A DNA stretch of 64,000 nt from Spirochaetia bacterium (GTDB lineage Bacteria > Spirochaetota > Spirochaetia > UBA9216). Shown here in pieces: positions 19,982 through 30,107 of this stretch; the stretch's first letter is position 1; every line of letters starts with the position of its first letter. A model generated the notes under the pieces. The model was not told the DNA's origin, searched no databases, and was given only the letters and a program-made list of their open reading frames with translations. The position numbers and the translations under genes were made by a program. Location: the NCBI GenBank assembly GCA_963677925.2, contig CAXXYH010000004.1, positions 2,272,001 to 2,336,000 of the forward strand, written 5' to 3'.

Positions 19982-20764
19982 ATGGATCTAGCTACAGTAG
20001 TAGGATTTGCCCTTGGCATGGGAATGATAATTTGGTCGATTCTTGGCACTGGTGTATCCATGTCAAACTTTATAGATGTCGGCTCCTTCGCAATGGTTCT
20101 CGGAGGTTCTTTCGCTGCTATCATGATTTCAAATCCGCTTCAGCGATTAATGAAACTCGGCGGTATTCTGAAAAATGTAATGAATGTGAATAACTTTGAA
20201 ATTGAAAAGATTATCACTACACTTGTCCGTTTTTCGGAAAAGGCAAGACGTGACGGTCTTCTGGCTCTTGAAGATGATCTTGAAGAGGTTGAAGATGAAT
20301 TCATGAAAAAGGGAATTCAGCTTGTTGTCGACGGTACAGATCCTGAAATTATCAGCACCATGCTGTACAGTGATCTTAATCAGCAGCAGGAACGTCATTC
20401 AGCAGGTATTAAAATATTTGAAGACTGGGGCTCTCTTGCTCCCGCATTCGGAATGATCGGTACGCTTGCCGGTCTTATCGGTATGCTGGCAAACCTTGAT
20501 GACCCGGATTCAATCGGTTCAGGTATGGCACTTGCTCTAATAACGACCATGTACGGCTCATTCTTTGCAAACCTTATTTTTATTCCGATAAAAAATAAGC
20601 TCGGTGACCGGGATGCTGAAGAAACTCTGGTAAAGGAAATCCTTATTGAAGGTATTCTTTCTATCCAGTCGGGAGATAACCCAAGAATTCTTGAATCGAA
20701 ACTTGTATCCTTTCTGCCTCCTGAGAAGCGTGAGGCTGTTCTTTCTGAGATAAATGCGGAGTAA
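19982..20764 (+). CDS. motA: Flagellar stator protein MotA
   Basis: ARRDGLLALE, APAFGMIGTL, ALITTMYG, EGILSIQSGDNPR. Confidence 0.97.
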   Translation: MDLATVVGFALGMGMIIWSILGTGVSMSNFIDVGSFAMVLGGSFAAIMISNPLQRLMKLGGILKNVMNVNNFEIEKIITTLVRFSEKARRDGLLALEDDLEEVEDEFMKKGIQLVVDGTDPEIISTMLYSDLNQQQERHSAGIKIFEDWGSLAPAFGMIGTLAGLIGMLANLDDPDSIGSGMALALITTMYGSFFANLIFIPIKNKLGDRDAEETLVKEILIEGILSIQSGDNPRILESKLVSFLPPEKREAVLSEINAE

Positions 20765-20775
20765 AGGAGCGTAAA

Positions 20776-21504
20776 ATGGCAAGACCTCCTAAAAAAGTTA
20801 AATGTCCCCCTGCAGGTGCTCCCGAATGGATGAATACCTACGGAGACATGGTTACTCTTCTTCTCTGCTTCTTTGTTATGCTTTTTACAACTGCTACCGT
20901 GGACGGGCATGAGATGAAGCTCGTTATTGCTGCATTCAGCGGCCTTGGTCTTCTTGAGGGCGGCAACACCCTTGAATCAGGACATCTTGCCGAGCTCGGC
21001 AACACAATTGAGTCACTGCCTTCAATGCAGACGGGGCGTGCCCTGGATCAAGCCAGAAAGAAGGCTGTAAGTCAGTTTCAGTCTGAAATAAAATCAAACA
21101 AGGTCCGTGTCACCATTGATGAGCGCGGCCTTATAATAAGTCTTGCGGCCGATTCCTTTTTTGAACCGGCATCCTCGGAGATAGATATTGAAGCCGCCAG
21201 GGAAACCCTGCAGAAGGCTTCATCGCTTATCAACAGTCTTGAGGATGAGCGGAGATTCAGGATTGAAGGACATACAGATTCCCTTCCGACTGATCCTGAC
21301 GGGGAATGGCCCACAAACTGGGAATTATCTGCCGCAAGGTCTGCCAATGTTCTTCATTACATGGTAGATTTCGGTGTTGATGAGAGTAAGTTTCAAATAG
21401 CGGGTTTTGCTGATACAAAGCCCTTAGCTGATAATTCTACGGCTGAAGGCCGTGCATACAACCGACGGGTTGATATTGTAATACTTGCCGAGGGGCAATA
21501 TTAA
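20776..21504 (+). CDS. motB: Flagellar stator protein MotB
   Basis: WMNTYGDMVTLLLCFFV (critical Asp), OmpA-like IEGHTD, NWELSAARS, NRRVDI. Confidence 0.97.
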   Translation: MARPPKKVKCPPAGAPEWMNTYGDMVTLLLCFFVMLFTTATVDGHEMKLVIAAFSGLGLLEGGNTLESGHLAELGNTIESLPSMQTGRALDQARKKAVSQFQSEIKSNKVRVTIDERGLIISLAADSFFEPASSEIDIEAARETLQKASSLINSLEDERRFRIEGHTDSLPTDPDGEWPTNWELSAARSANVLHYMVDFGVDESKFQIAGFADTKPLADNSTAEGRAYNRRVDIVILAEGQY

Positions 21505-21527
21505 GGCTTTTCACGGCAGAATTTTTC

Positions 21528-21536
21528 TGTTAGAAT
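21528..21536 (+). promoter_or_regulatory. Possible internal extended -10 sigma70 promoter upstream of fliL
   Basis: TGtTAGAAT in the 55-nt motB-fliL gap; -35 element weak. Confidence 0.35.
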
Positions 21537-21559
21537 TTCCTTAATGAACAGGAGTAATT

Positions 21560-22108
21560 ATGGGTGATGAAGATATCTATGCCGAGGAAGAGATAGCCGG
21601 CGGTGATGAACTAGAGGTAGGAGAAAAATCGAGTGCCATAAAAGAACTTCTTCCCAAGCTGCTCAAGTGGGTTGCGGTAGTTCTTGTAGCAGTTATCTTT
21701 ATTGTCACAGTTGTTTTCTTTACAATGAGAATTCTTATGCGCGGTACAACGAATCAGAGTGTGGCTGTTCAGTCACCTGAATACGCAACCGAACCTCCGG
21801 TTCTCTGGTGGTATGCACTTGATGAAATACGTACGCGTACTGCAGACAAGAATCCTTCAACTGTTATTATCAAGGCTAAACTAGGATATGAATTTGAGAA
21901 TGCCGATGTTCAGACAGACCTGATTCAGCGTTCCGAGATTATCTATGATGCAATGAGGCAGTTTCTCAGTTCCAAGACAGCAGCTGAACTGACTCCGCAG
22001 ACAGAGATGCAGCTCAAGCAGGAAATGAAGGAAAAGATAAACAGACTGTTATCTGCTGGAAAGATTCAGGAGATAGTTTTTATGTCCTACAATATATTCC
22101 AGTATTAA
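21560..22108 (+). CDS. fliL: Flagellar basal body-associated protein FliL
   Basis: Single TM, LKQEMKEKINRLL...IQEIVF; position between motB and fliM. Confidence 0.92.
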   Translation: MGDEDIYAEEEIAGGDELEVGEKSSAIKELLPKLLKWVAVVLVAVIFIVTVVFFTMRILMRGTTNQSVAVQSPEYATEPPVLWWYALDEIRTRTADKNPSTVIIKAKLGYEFENADVQTDLIQRSEIIYDAMRQFLSSKTAAELTPQTEMQLKQEMKEKINRLLSAGKIQEIVFMSYNIFQY

Positions 22109-22129
22109 AATAAGGCGGAAGAGAGTCTA

Positions 22130-23155
22130 ATGAACGAAGTTTTATCACAGGATGAAATAGACCAGTTACTCACAGCTATTTCAACCGGAGATATTGAAAC
22201 AGAAGAGGTTACCCAGGCTGCGGATCAGCGGAAAATCAAGATCTATGATTTCAAACGTCCGGACAAATTTTCCAAGGACCAGATTCGAACAGTTTCAATT
22301 ATGCATGAAACTTTCGCCCGTTTGACAACAACTGCTTTATCCGCACAGCTGAGAAGTCTTGTACATGTGCATGTAGCTTCTGTAGACCAGTTGACATATG
22401 AAGAATTTATAAGATCAATTCCGAATCCTACAACACTCGGAATTATAAACATGGATCCTCTTAAAGGGTCCGCTGTGCTTGAAATAGACCCTGCAATCAC
22501 ATACTCAATAATTGACCGTCAGTTCGGTGGACAGGGTGAGGGCACAAAGATATCCAGGGACCTGTCTGATATAGAGCAGGCAGTAATGGAAGGTATTATC
22601 GTTCGTATACTTGGAAACCTGAGGGAGGCCTGGAGTCAGGTAATTGATTTGCGGCCGCGGCTTGGTCAGATTGAAACCAACCCCCAGTTCGCTCAGATAG
22701 TACCCCCGACCGAAATGGTCATTCTTGTAACACTGGAAACAAAAGTAGGTGAAGTGGAAGGCATGATGAACTTCTGTATTCCCTATCTTACCATAGAACC
22801 CATCATTTCAAAACTTTCAGCCCAGTATATGTATTCTTCAGTACGAAGCGGAGCCACTACAGAGAACCTTAATATACTGAAAGAACGACTTGCCGCTATA
22901 GAAATTCCTATAATGGCCGAAATAGGTATTATGGAGCTGATGATGCGTGACGTGCTTTCGCTTCGCAGGGGAGATATAATCAGACTTCCCAACACACGCA
23001 TCACTGATGAAATGGTGCTCAAGGTTGGTAATAAAGCAAAATTCATGTGCCGTCCGGGTGTGGTCGGAAAGAAGGTTGCGGTTCAGATTACCGACAGACT
23101 TGAGGATATTGAAAAAGATGAGTTTGAAGAACTCATAGCTGAAGGAGAGGAATAG
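22130..23155 (+). CDS. fliM: Flagellar motor switch protein FliM
   Basis: VLSQDEIDQLL CheY-binding peptide, YDFKRPDKFSK, GGQG, ETNPQF. Confidence 0.98.
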   Translation: MNEVLSQDEIDQLLTAISTGDIETEEVTQAADQRKIKIYDFKRPDKFSKDQIRTVSIMHETFARLTTTALSAQLRSLVHVHVASVDQLTYEEFIRSIPNPTTLGIINMDPLKGSAVLEIDPAITYSIIDRQFGGQGEGTKISRDLSDIEQAVMEGIIVRILGNLREAWSQVIDLRPRLGQIETNPQFAQIVPPTEMVILVTLETKVGEVEGMMNFCIPYLTIEPIISKLSAQYMYSSVRSGATTENLNILKERLAAIEIPIMAEIGIMELMMRDVLSLRRGDIIRLPNTRITDEMVLKVGNKAKFMCRPGVVGKKVAVQITDRLEDIEKDEFEELIAEGEE

Positions 23156-23156
23156 G

Positions 23157-24272
23157 ATGAGCGACGGATCATTGTCTCAAGACGAAATTGATGCTTTACT
23201 CCAGGGTGGAGATATGGGATTAGGCAGCGCTCCTTCCGGAGGCGGCAGTTCGAATAACGGAGGTCTTTCCGCAAAAGAAATCTCTGATTTTACAGGTATA
23301 ATTCAGGAACTTATTCCCAGTCAGGCGCAGAACCTTTCAAATATGGTGGGCGACAGTGTTGATATGACCTCACCCAGGGTTGAGGTTGTAAGCAGGGATG
23401 AACTGATATCATCACTTCCGGGTGAAGTGGTTGAAATCAGTCTCGATTTTCAGGATCAGGTAAGCGGAAAACATTCATATATCATAGGCCCTGAAGCGGC
23501 TACCACCATCGCCGGTCTGATGATGGGCCAGGAAGATGTGGAGCTCAACGAAGCCGCTCTTTCTGCAATTGAAGAAGCAGCAAATACCCTTGCGGGATCA
23601 GCGGCTACTGTATTCGGAGAGAAAAGCGGTAAATCTGTACTTACTTCACCGGGTGCAACAAAGAGCGTTTCATCCTCAGAGATTGCCTTTCCTGAAGACT
23701 CAGTTGTAAAGGTTACTTATCAGACAAAGATAGACGGTAAGGATGCAACGGAATTTGTTGAAGCTTTCGGAGTTGATATAGTAAAAGGAATACTTGGAAC
23801 CCCGGCAGCACAGGCTGCACCTAATCCCGGAATGGGCATGGGGATGAATATGGGCGGCGGAGCGCCTTCCATGGGCGGAGGGTTCATGGGCGGCGGAAAT
23901 GCAGCGGCATCAATGGGCGGTGGAATGGATATGTTTGGTATGGGACAGCCAACTCCCAATGTTCAGGCTCTTCAGTTTCCTGATCTTAATCCGCATACAG
24001 TAGCGGCAGAACAGGGTAATATCGGTCTTCTCATGGATGTTTACATGGAGATGACTGTTGAACTTGGTAGAACAAAGAAACTTATAAAAGAAATACTCGG
24101 TATGGGCGAAGGTACCATTATCGAACTTGATAAACTCGCAGGTGAACCGGTAGACATTCTTGTCAATCACAAGCTGATTGCCAAAGGTGAGGTTGTAGTT
24201 ATCGACGAAAACTTCGGTGTTCGTGTAACTGAAATCGTATCACCGATTGACCGTGTGGAGGGTATGGGCTAG
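23157..24272 (+). CDS. fliY: Flagellar switch protein FliY (CheC-like domain + FliN domain)
   Basis: LSQDEIDALL, ExxN motif (EAAN), C-terminal FliN VELG...LDKLAGEPVD...GEVVVIDENFGVR. Confidence 0.9.
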   Translation: MSDGSLSQDEIDALLQGGDMGLGSAPSGGGSSNNGGLSAKEISDFTGIIQELIPSQAQNLSNMVGDSVDMTSPRVEVVSRDELISSLPGEVVEISLDFQDQVSGKHSYIIGPEAATTIAGLMMGQEDVELNEAALSAIEEAANTLAGSAATVFGEKSGKSVLTSPGATKSVSSSEIAFPEDSVVKVTYQTKIDGKDATEFVEAFGVDIVKGILGTPAAQAAPNPGMGMGMNMGGGAPSMGGGFMGGGNAAASMGGGMDMFGMGQPTPNVQALQFPDLNPHTVAAEQGNIGLLMDVYMEMTVELGRTKKLIKEILGMGEGTIIELDKLAGEPVDILVNHKLIAKGEVVVIDENFGVRVTEIVSPIDRVEGMG

Positions 24273-24293
24273 AAATAATTTTCGGGAGGGGAA

Positions 24294-24869
24294 ATGAAAA
24301 AACTTGCTCTTATTATGACCGCAGTAATGATGATTATTGCGGTCGACGTGTATTCTCAGCAGAATTTCACCGATGAAACTGCAATAATCCTCGACGATGA
24401 AGCTCCGCAGGCGGAAACTGATGCCGCAGCCGGAGCTTATTTTACGATCTGGGATTTTGTAAAGGTTATTCTGATACTCGGTGCGGTAATACTTATAATA
24501 TATGCGGTATTCTTTTTTCTCAGGAAATCGGGCAAACGCGGTTTTCAGGACAATGAAATAATCAATATTGTCTCAAGCAAGGCTCTGACTCAGGGGACAT
24601 CAGTGCATATCATTGAAGTTGCCGGAAAATATCACCTTATCGGATGCGCAGAGTCTTCGGTATCGATGCTGTCCGAAATTCTGGACAAGGAATCGATTGA
24701 TGAACTAAAGCTTAAATCACCGCAGGAAAATCAGGTAAACAAGAATTTTTCAGACCTGTTCAGCAGTATATTCGGGAGCGGCAGATCTTCCGGGCGCAAC
24801 ATCGATGAAAAAATAGCTTCCAACCGAAAAATTTTACAGAATCAGACAGAAAGATTAAAAAAAATGTAG
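24294..24869 (+). CDS. fliO: Flagellar biosynthesis protein FliO/FliZ
   Basis: TM followed by VHIIEVAGKYHLIG; position before fliP. Confidence 0.85.
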   Translation: MKKLALIMTAVMMIIAVDVYSQQNFTDETAIILDDEAPQAETDAAAGAYFTIWDFVKVILILGAVILIIYAVFFFLRKSGKRGFQDNEIINIVSSKALTQGTSVHIIEVAGKYHLIGCAESSVSMLSEILDKESIDELKLKSPQENQVNKNFSDLFSSIFGSGRSSGRNIDEKIASNRKILQNQTERLKKM

Positions 24870-24921
24870 CAAAAATACCGGAAAATGTGTTAAAATTTGG
24901 TTGTCATTACCTGGGGGGGGA

Positions 24922-25710
24922 ATGAAAAAGTTATTGATGTTTCTGTGCGTTGTTACGGCACTGTTCGTAATAGTACCGCACGGGGTCCATGCGCAGGAAG
25001 CGGTAGATCCGGATGCTGCAGCTGGGCTAAATATACCATTTGTAGATCTCACAATTTCTCAGCCTGAAAATAATCAGGAAGTAGCTCTGTCCATTCAGCT
25101 GCTGCTTCTTCTTGCTGTGATCACCCTTTCTCCCTCAATAGTAATATTAACTACAAGTTTTCTCAGGGTTTCAATTATTCTGGATTTTATAAGAAGATCG
25201 CTTTCTCTTCAGCAGGTCCCCCCCAATACCGTACTGAACGGCATAGCGCTCTTTTTAACGATATTTATTATGTGGCCCACACTTACGGATGTTTACGACA
25301 ACGGGTTCAGGCCCTTTGCCGAGGGAGAGATAGGTGTGGAGGAGCTTTATCAGGAAACCGAAGGCCCCCTCAGGCTCTTCATGTACAAACAGATGGACGG
25401 AAACTACGGTAATATTCAGCTGTTCATGAAGATGTCGGATCTTGATAAGCCGGAAACCGCAGCTGATGTTCCGACCTACGTGCTGATTCCTGCATTTATA
25501 CTGCATGAACTGACTGTGGCATTTAAAATAGGAATACTGCTGTTTATTCCTTTCATCATCATAGACATGATTGTCGCTTCGACACTTATGTCCATGGGTA
25601 TGATAATGCTGCCTCCGGCTATGATTTCTCTCCCCTTTAAACTGATACTTTTTGTTCTTGTTGACGGATGGAACCTGATTACACAGCAGGTTATCCTGAG
25701 TTTTATGTAG
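24922..25710 (+). CDS. fliP: Flagellar export gate protein FliP
   Basis: TTSFLR, QQVPPN, LIPAFILHEL, MGMIMLPP, KLILFVLVDGW. Confidence 0.97.
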   Translation: MKKLLMFLCVVTALFVIVPHGVHAQEAVDPDAAAGLNIPFVDLTISQPENNQEVALSIQLLLLLAVITLSPSIVILTTSFLRVSIILDFIRRSLSLQQVPPNTVLNGIALFLTIFIMWPTLTDVYDNGFRPFAEGEIGVEELYQETEGPLRLFMYKQMDGNYGNIQLFMKMSDLDKPETAADVPTYVLIPAFILHELTVAFKIGILLFIPFIIIDMIVASTLMSMGMIMLPPAMISLPFKLILFVLVDGWNLITQQVILSFM

Positions 25711-25719
25711 GAGTTGCTG

Positions 25720-25989
25720 ATGAGTATAGGATTTGTAACAGAATTAATAAGGGCTGGTGTTTTTCATGTTCTTATGCTTTCAGCCCCTGTTCTGCTCTCA
25801 GGACTTCTGGTAGGTCTTTTAATTTCCATATTTCAGGCTACAACCTCAATTCAGGAACAGACACTTACATTTGTACCCAAGATTGCAGCAATTCTGCTTG
25901 TACTTGTACTTACGTCGGAATGGATATTCACCTCACTGAGGCAGTATACCATTGAGATAATCCAGATGATACCTGAGATGACAGGCTGA
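25720..25989 (+). CDS. fliQ: Flagellar export gate protein FliQ
   Basis: GLLISIFQATTSIQEQTLTFVPK. Confidence 0.97.
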   Translation: MSIGFVTELIRAGVFHVLMLSAPVLLSGLLVGLLISIFQATTSIQEQTLTFVPKIAAILLVLVLTSEWIFTSLRQYTIEIIQMIPEMTG

Positions 25990-26002
25990 GGGGAGTTTAT
26001 TT

Positions 26003-26800
26003 TTGACGCTGGCCTATATAGTAGCTGAAGCACAGATTTTTCTACTCATCCTTGTCCGGGTAATAGCTTTTATTGAGCTTGCGCCGGTTCTGTCTTCCAG
26101 TGCCGTCCCTCAGATTGGTAAAATTGGGCTTGCTGCTTTTACTGCGGCAGCCGTTCTTCCCTGGGTGGTTAAAAGCGGACTGTATGTCATTCCCGAAACC
26201 GGCGGGGCCTTCGTCTTCATGATTCTCGGTGAAGTTTTTATCGGAATAATATTCGGATTTTTTCTTATTATTATTACATCTGTATTTCAGCTGGCCGGTC
26301 AGTTCTTTTCTACTCAGATGGGATTTGCATCCTCCCAGGTTTTCGATCCCATGGCCCAGGTCCAGATTCCCCTTATGGGACAGTTTTTTAATCTCACCTC
26401 CATGCTGATTCTGCTCTCAATTAATGGTTTTCAGAAGATGTTTCTGGGCGCCGTATATACAGGTTTCAAAGTCCTTAATATAAGCCAGCTTCTGATAAAT
26501 AAAGATAATATCATAATGATGCTGCTCAAGAGCCTTTCAGGTCTTTTTGTACAGGCGCTTGTAATAGCTATGCCGATCATGGGGACACTTCTTCTTATGC
26601 AGGTTACAATGGGGCTTTTAGCCAAGGCTGCACCTCAGATGAACCTTTTGATGCTGTCTTTCCCAATGAATATTTTCATATCTTTTCTGGTTCTCTTTGC
26701 TGCCATGCCCTTCATTATCGAGTCTTTCGAAGCAATTCTTGATGCCGGATTTGAAGGTGTTAACCAGATGATGAAAACAGCAGTCGGAGTAAGCGGATGA
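26003..26800 (+). CDS. fliR: Flagellar export gate protein FliR
   Basis: AGQFFSTQMGF, FDP, GLLAKAAPQMN; TTG start. Confidence 0.95.
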   Translation: MTLAYIVAEAQIFLLILVRVIAFIELAPVLSSSAVPQIGKIGLAAFTAAAVLPWVVKSGLYVIPETGGAFVFMILGEVFIGIIFGFFLIIITSVFQLAGQFFSTQMGFASSQVFDPMAQVQIPLMGQFFNLTSMLILLSINGFQKMFLGAVYTGFKVLNISQLLINKDNIIMMLLKSLSGLFVQALVIAMPIMGTLLLMQVTMGLLAKAAPQMNLLMLSFPMNIFISFLVLFAAMPFIIESFEAILDAGFEGVNQMMKTAVGVSG

Positions 26801-27978
26801 GTATTTATATCAGCGGGAATCCCGGCAGTAATTCTGTAAACGATGTCCTCAGCAGATACCGCAGTACTCAGAATTCGGCATTTGATATTCATCTGCAGTG
26901 GTTTGCTCCCGAAGATGAAGGGCGTACTGAAGATCCGACCGAGTATAAACTCCGCAAGGCACGTGAGGAAGGCAAGGTCGCAAAATCGCCGGACCTGACC
27001 TCGGCGATAGTTTTGATTTTCTGTATAACAGGACTTGCCGCCTTTGGATCATCGATGATCACAGGGCTCCGTGATATGATGTACTTTTTCTTTTCAAAGT
27101 CTGCCGAGCTGGATCCTGTTTCTTCAACCGAAACAGGAATGGTTGCGCTTAGATATTTCATAAAGATTGCATTGCCTCTCGCCGCGGTAGCATTTACCGC
27201 CGCCTTTGCCGGCAATGTTTTTCAGGTAGGCCTTAAATTCTCGGCAAAACCCATAACTCCGGACTTAACCAAGATCGTGCCTAAAATCGGTAAATGGTTT
27301 CAGCGCTCCTTCGCCTCCGGAGAAGCCGCATTCAACCTGATGAAGTCCTTTGTAAAGATAATAATTGTTGGCGGCATCGCTTTTATAAATATCAGGATGG
27401 AATTTGATAAGCTGCTAAACCTAATCAAAATCCCCTTTCTTGATTCCTTCTCTATAGTTTCGGGAATAGCATTCCGGATAATGCTGGAAGCCGCCATATT
27501 TATGCTGATTTTTTCGATTGCCGACTACCGCTTTCAGAAAAAGCAGCATATCGACTCTTTGAAAATGTCCAAGCAGGAAGTCAAGGAGGAACGCAAGATG
27601 ACCGAGGGTGATCCTCTTATTAAAAGCAGGCTGAGAGAAAGAATGCGCGACATCATGACCAGGGATATGATTAGAAAGATCCCAGAGGCAGATGTTGTAA
27701 TCACAAACCCGACCCACTTTGCTGTTGTAATGCAGTGGGACCGTTCAAAGATGATAGCTCCAGTTGTAACGGCAAAGGGGCAGGATAATATGGCACTTAG
27801 AATCAGGGGGATAGCAACTGAACACAATGTCCCGATTATTGAAAATAAACCGCTTGCGCGTGCTCTGTACGCAGAGGTTGAAATAGGCGACGCAATTCCT
27901 GAAAACTATTATCAGGCAATGGCGGTAATTCTTGCGGAAGTCTACCGGATGCGCGGTGAAACGATGGAGGCTGTCTGA
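26797..27978 (+). CDS. flhB: Flagellar export switch protein FlhB
   Basis: RTEDPT, KMSKQEVKEERKMTEGDP, NPTH autocleavage site (27706-27717). Confidence 0.97.
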   Translation: MSIYISGNPGSNSVNDVLSRYRSTQNSAFDIHLQWFAPEDEGRTEDPTEYKLRKAREEGKVAKSPDLTSAIVLIFCITGLAAFGSSMITGLRDMMYFFFSKSAELDPVSSTETGMVALRYFIKIALPLAAVAFTAAFAGNVFQVGLKFSAKPITPDLTKIVPKIGKWFQRSFASGEAAFNLMKSFVKIIIVGGIAFINIRMEFDKLLNLIKIPFLDSFSIVSGIAFRIMLEAAIFMLIFSIADYRFQKKQHIDSLKMSKQEVKEERKMTEGDPLIKSRLRERMRDIMTRDMIRKIPEADVVITNPTHFAVVMQWDRSKMIAPVVTAKGQDNMALRIRGIATEHNVPIIENKPLARALYAEVEIGDAIPENYYQAMAVILAEVYRMRGETMEAV

Positions 27979-30104
27979 TGGCTGAAAACAGACCCGGACT
28001 ACAGGGCTTTATTACTAACGCCCTTACCAGCCAGAAAACAGATGTTCTTGTAGCCGTAGGTGTAATCTTCATCGTAATGATGCTGCTTATACCGCTGCCG
28101 ACTGTTCTTCTGGACCTGCTGATGGCATCAAACCTTGTTTTGAGCATCATGATAATTCTTATTACTCTCTATACCAAGAAGGCTGTGGAGTTCTCAATTT
28201 TTCCAACACTTCTTCTGGTCACTACTATATTCAGTCTGGCGCTGAACGTATCCTCAACCAGACTGATTCTTTCAAAGGGTGCTGAGTTTGACGGAAGAAT
28301 TGTAACCGGTTTCGCAAACTTCGTTGTCGGTACTTCCGGAAACGAAGGTCTGGTTATCGGACTTATTATCTTTATAATTCTTATAGCGGTTCAGTTTGTA
28401 GTAATTACAAAGGGTGCTACCAGAGTTGCAGAAGTTGCAGCAAGATTTACTCTTGATTCTCTGCCCGGTAAGCAGATGGCTATCGAAGCAGAGTATAATT
28501 CCGGGGCGATCACTGAAGATGAAGCTACAAAGAAAAAGGCGGAACTCCAGAAGGAAGCCGACTTTTACGGGGCCATGGACGGAGCTTCAAAGTTTGTCTC
28601 CGGTAACGTTAAGATAGGTATCCTTATGACGGTTATTAATATCGTCGGCGGACTGGTTGTAGGAATGCTCCTGCACGGCGAGCCTGCTTCATCTGCCCTG
28701 TCTAACTATATAACATTTGCAATCGGCGACGGCCTTGTCAGTCAGTTTCCTGCACTGTTTATATCAACAGCTACCGGTCTTATCGTTACAAGAGCTATAT
28801 CAGACGGAACCTTCGGACAGGATATTTCGGTACAGTTTTCATCCCAGGCTCAGATTTACTTTGTGGGAGCCGCTTTCCTCGTAGTTCTGGGCGTGCTTCC
28901 CGGATTTCCCTGGTATGTTCTTATTCCTCTTGCAGCCCTGCTGTTTGTTGTAGGATTCAGGCTAAGAAAGAAGGAAGCCCACAAGAAAAGCTTTGAGGAA
29001 ATGGAGGCTGAATCCGGCCAGCAGGCTCATGAAGCACCGGCGGAAATCTCTCCTGTTGTTCCGCTCGATCAGCTCTCTCTTGAACTCGGTTACGGACTGA
29101 TTCCCCTTGTAGATAAGGACCACGGAGCAGAGCTGCTTGATCGAATAACCAGAATAAGACGCGAATCCGCCCTTGAACTGGGGCTTGTTGTTCCCAAGAT
29201 TAGAATTGTAGACAATATGCGGCTTGAACCCGCTGAGTACTGCATAAAGATAAAGGGTGTAGAAGTCGGAAAGGCTGTCATCAGGGCAGGGCTGTATCTG
29301 GCAATAAATCCGGGCAATGTTGAGGATGAAGTTGAAGGTGAAGCTACATATGATCCTACATTTCATCTTCCCGCCAAGTGGATTACCGAGGACGACAGAG
29401 ATCGTGCAGAGCGGGCCGGCTATACAGTCGTAGACTCTCCGTCAATTATTGCAACGCATCTGACTGAAATTATCCGCAAGCATGCCCGGGAAATGCTCGG
29501 CCGTCAGGAAGTTCAGAAAATTCTCGACACGCTGCGCAATGATTATCCCGCTGTAATTGATGAAATTTCAAAACTGATGTCCACCGGCGAGATTCAGAAA
29601 GTCCTTCAGGGACTTCTTGCCGAGCAGGTTTCAATCAGAAATATGGTTCCGATTCTTGAAACACTTGCAGACTACGCCTCGGTTACAAAGGAAACCAGCT
29701 TCCTTATTGAGAAGGTCCGCCAGACACTTTCCAGGCAGATCAGCCTTCAGTATTCTGACGAGGATCGGACAATGAGGGTTCTTACGGTAAATCCGGAGAT
29801 AGAGCAGCTTATAGGTGAGTCAAGAATTGAAACAGCCTCCGGAGTAATGGCTGCTCTTGAGCCGTCAATACACCGTAAATGGATAAACAGCGTTGCAAAT
29901 GCTATCCACGGTGTAGAGCAGATGGGTTTTTTTCCGGTAATTCTCTGTTCTGAGGCTGTAAGAGCTCTGGTTAAATCGAGTCTTAAGCGGGATTTTCCCG
30001 GAATAGTGGTTCTTTCAGTACCGGAAGTAGTGTCGAATGTCAGGGTTGAGTCGGTGGGTGAAATATCCTTTGAAGAAAGTTACGAAGAACAAGAGGTTAG
30101 ATAG
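27978..30104 (+). CDS. flhA: Flagellar export protein FlhA
   Basis: FSIFPTLLL, RVAEVAARFTLDSLPGKQMAI, FYGAMDGASKFV. Confidence 0.98.
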   Translation: MAENRPGLQGFITNALTSQKTDVLVAVGVIFIVMMLLIPLPTVLLDLLMASNLVLSIMIILITLYTKKAVEFSIFPTLLLVTTIFSLALNVSSTRLILSKGAEFDGRIVTGFANFVVGTSGNEGLVIGLIIFIILIAVQFVVITKGATRVAEVAARFTLDSLPGKQMAIEAEYNSGAITEDEATKKKAELQKEADFYGAMDGASKFVSGNVKIGILMTVINIVGGLVVGMLLHGEPASSALSNYITFAIGDGLVSQFPALFISTATGLIVTRAISDGTFGQDISVQFSSQAQIYFVGAAFLVVLGVLPGFPWYVLIPLAALLFVVGFRLRKKEAHKKSFEEMEAESGQQAHEAPAEISPVVPLDQLSLELGYGLIPLVDKDHGAELLDRITRIRRESALELGLVVPKIRIVDNMRLEPAEYCIKIKGVEVGKAVIRAGLYLAINPGNVEDEVEGEATYDPTFHLPAKWITEDDRDRAERAGYTVVDSPSIIATHLTEIIRKHAREMLGRQEVQKILDTLRNDYPAVIDEISKLMSTGEIQKVLQGLLAEQVSIRNMVPILETLADYASVTKETSFLIEKVRQTLSRQISLQYSDEDRTMRVLTVNPEIEQLIGESRIETASGVMAALEPSIHRKWINSVANAIHGVEQMGFFPVILCSEAVRALVKSSLKRDFPGIVVLSVPEVVSNVRVESVGEISFEESYEEQEVR

Positions 30105-30107
30105 CAG

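Noticed and set aside
24888-24896. Extended -10 TGtTAAAAT upstream of fliP
   Set aside because: AT-rich context and poor -35; too weak to call
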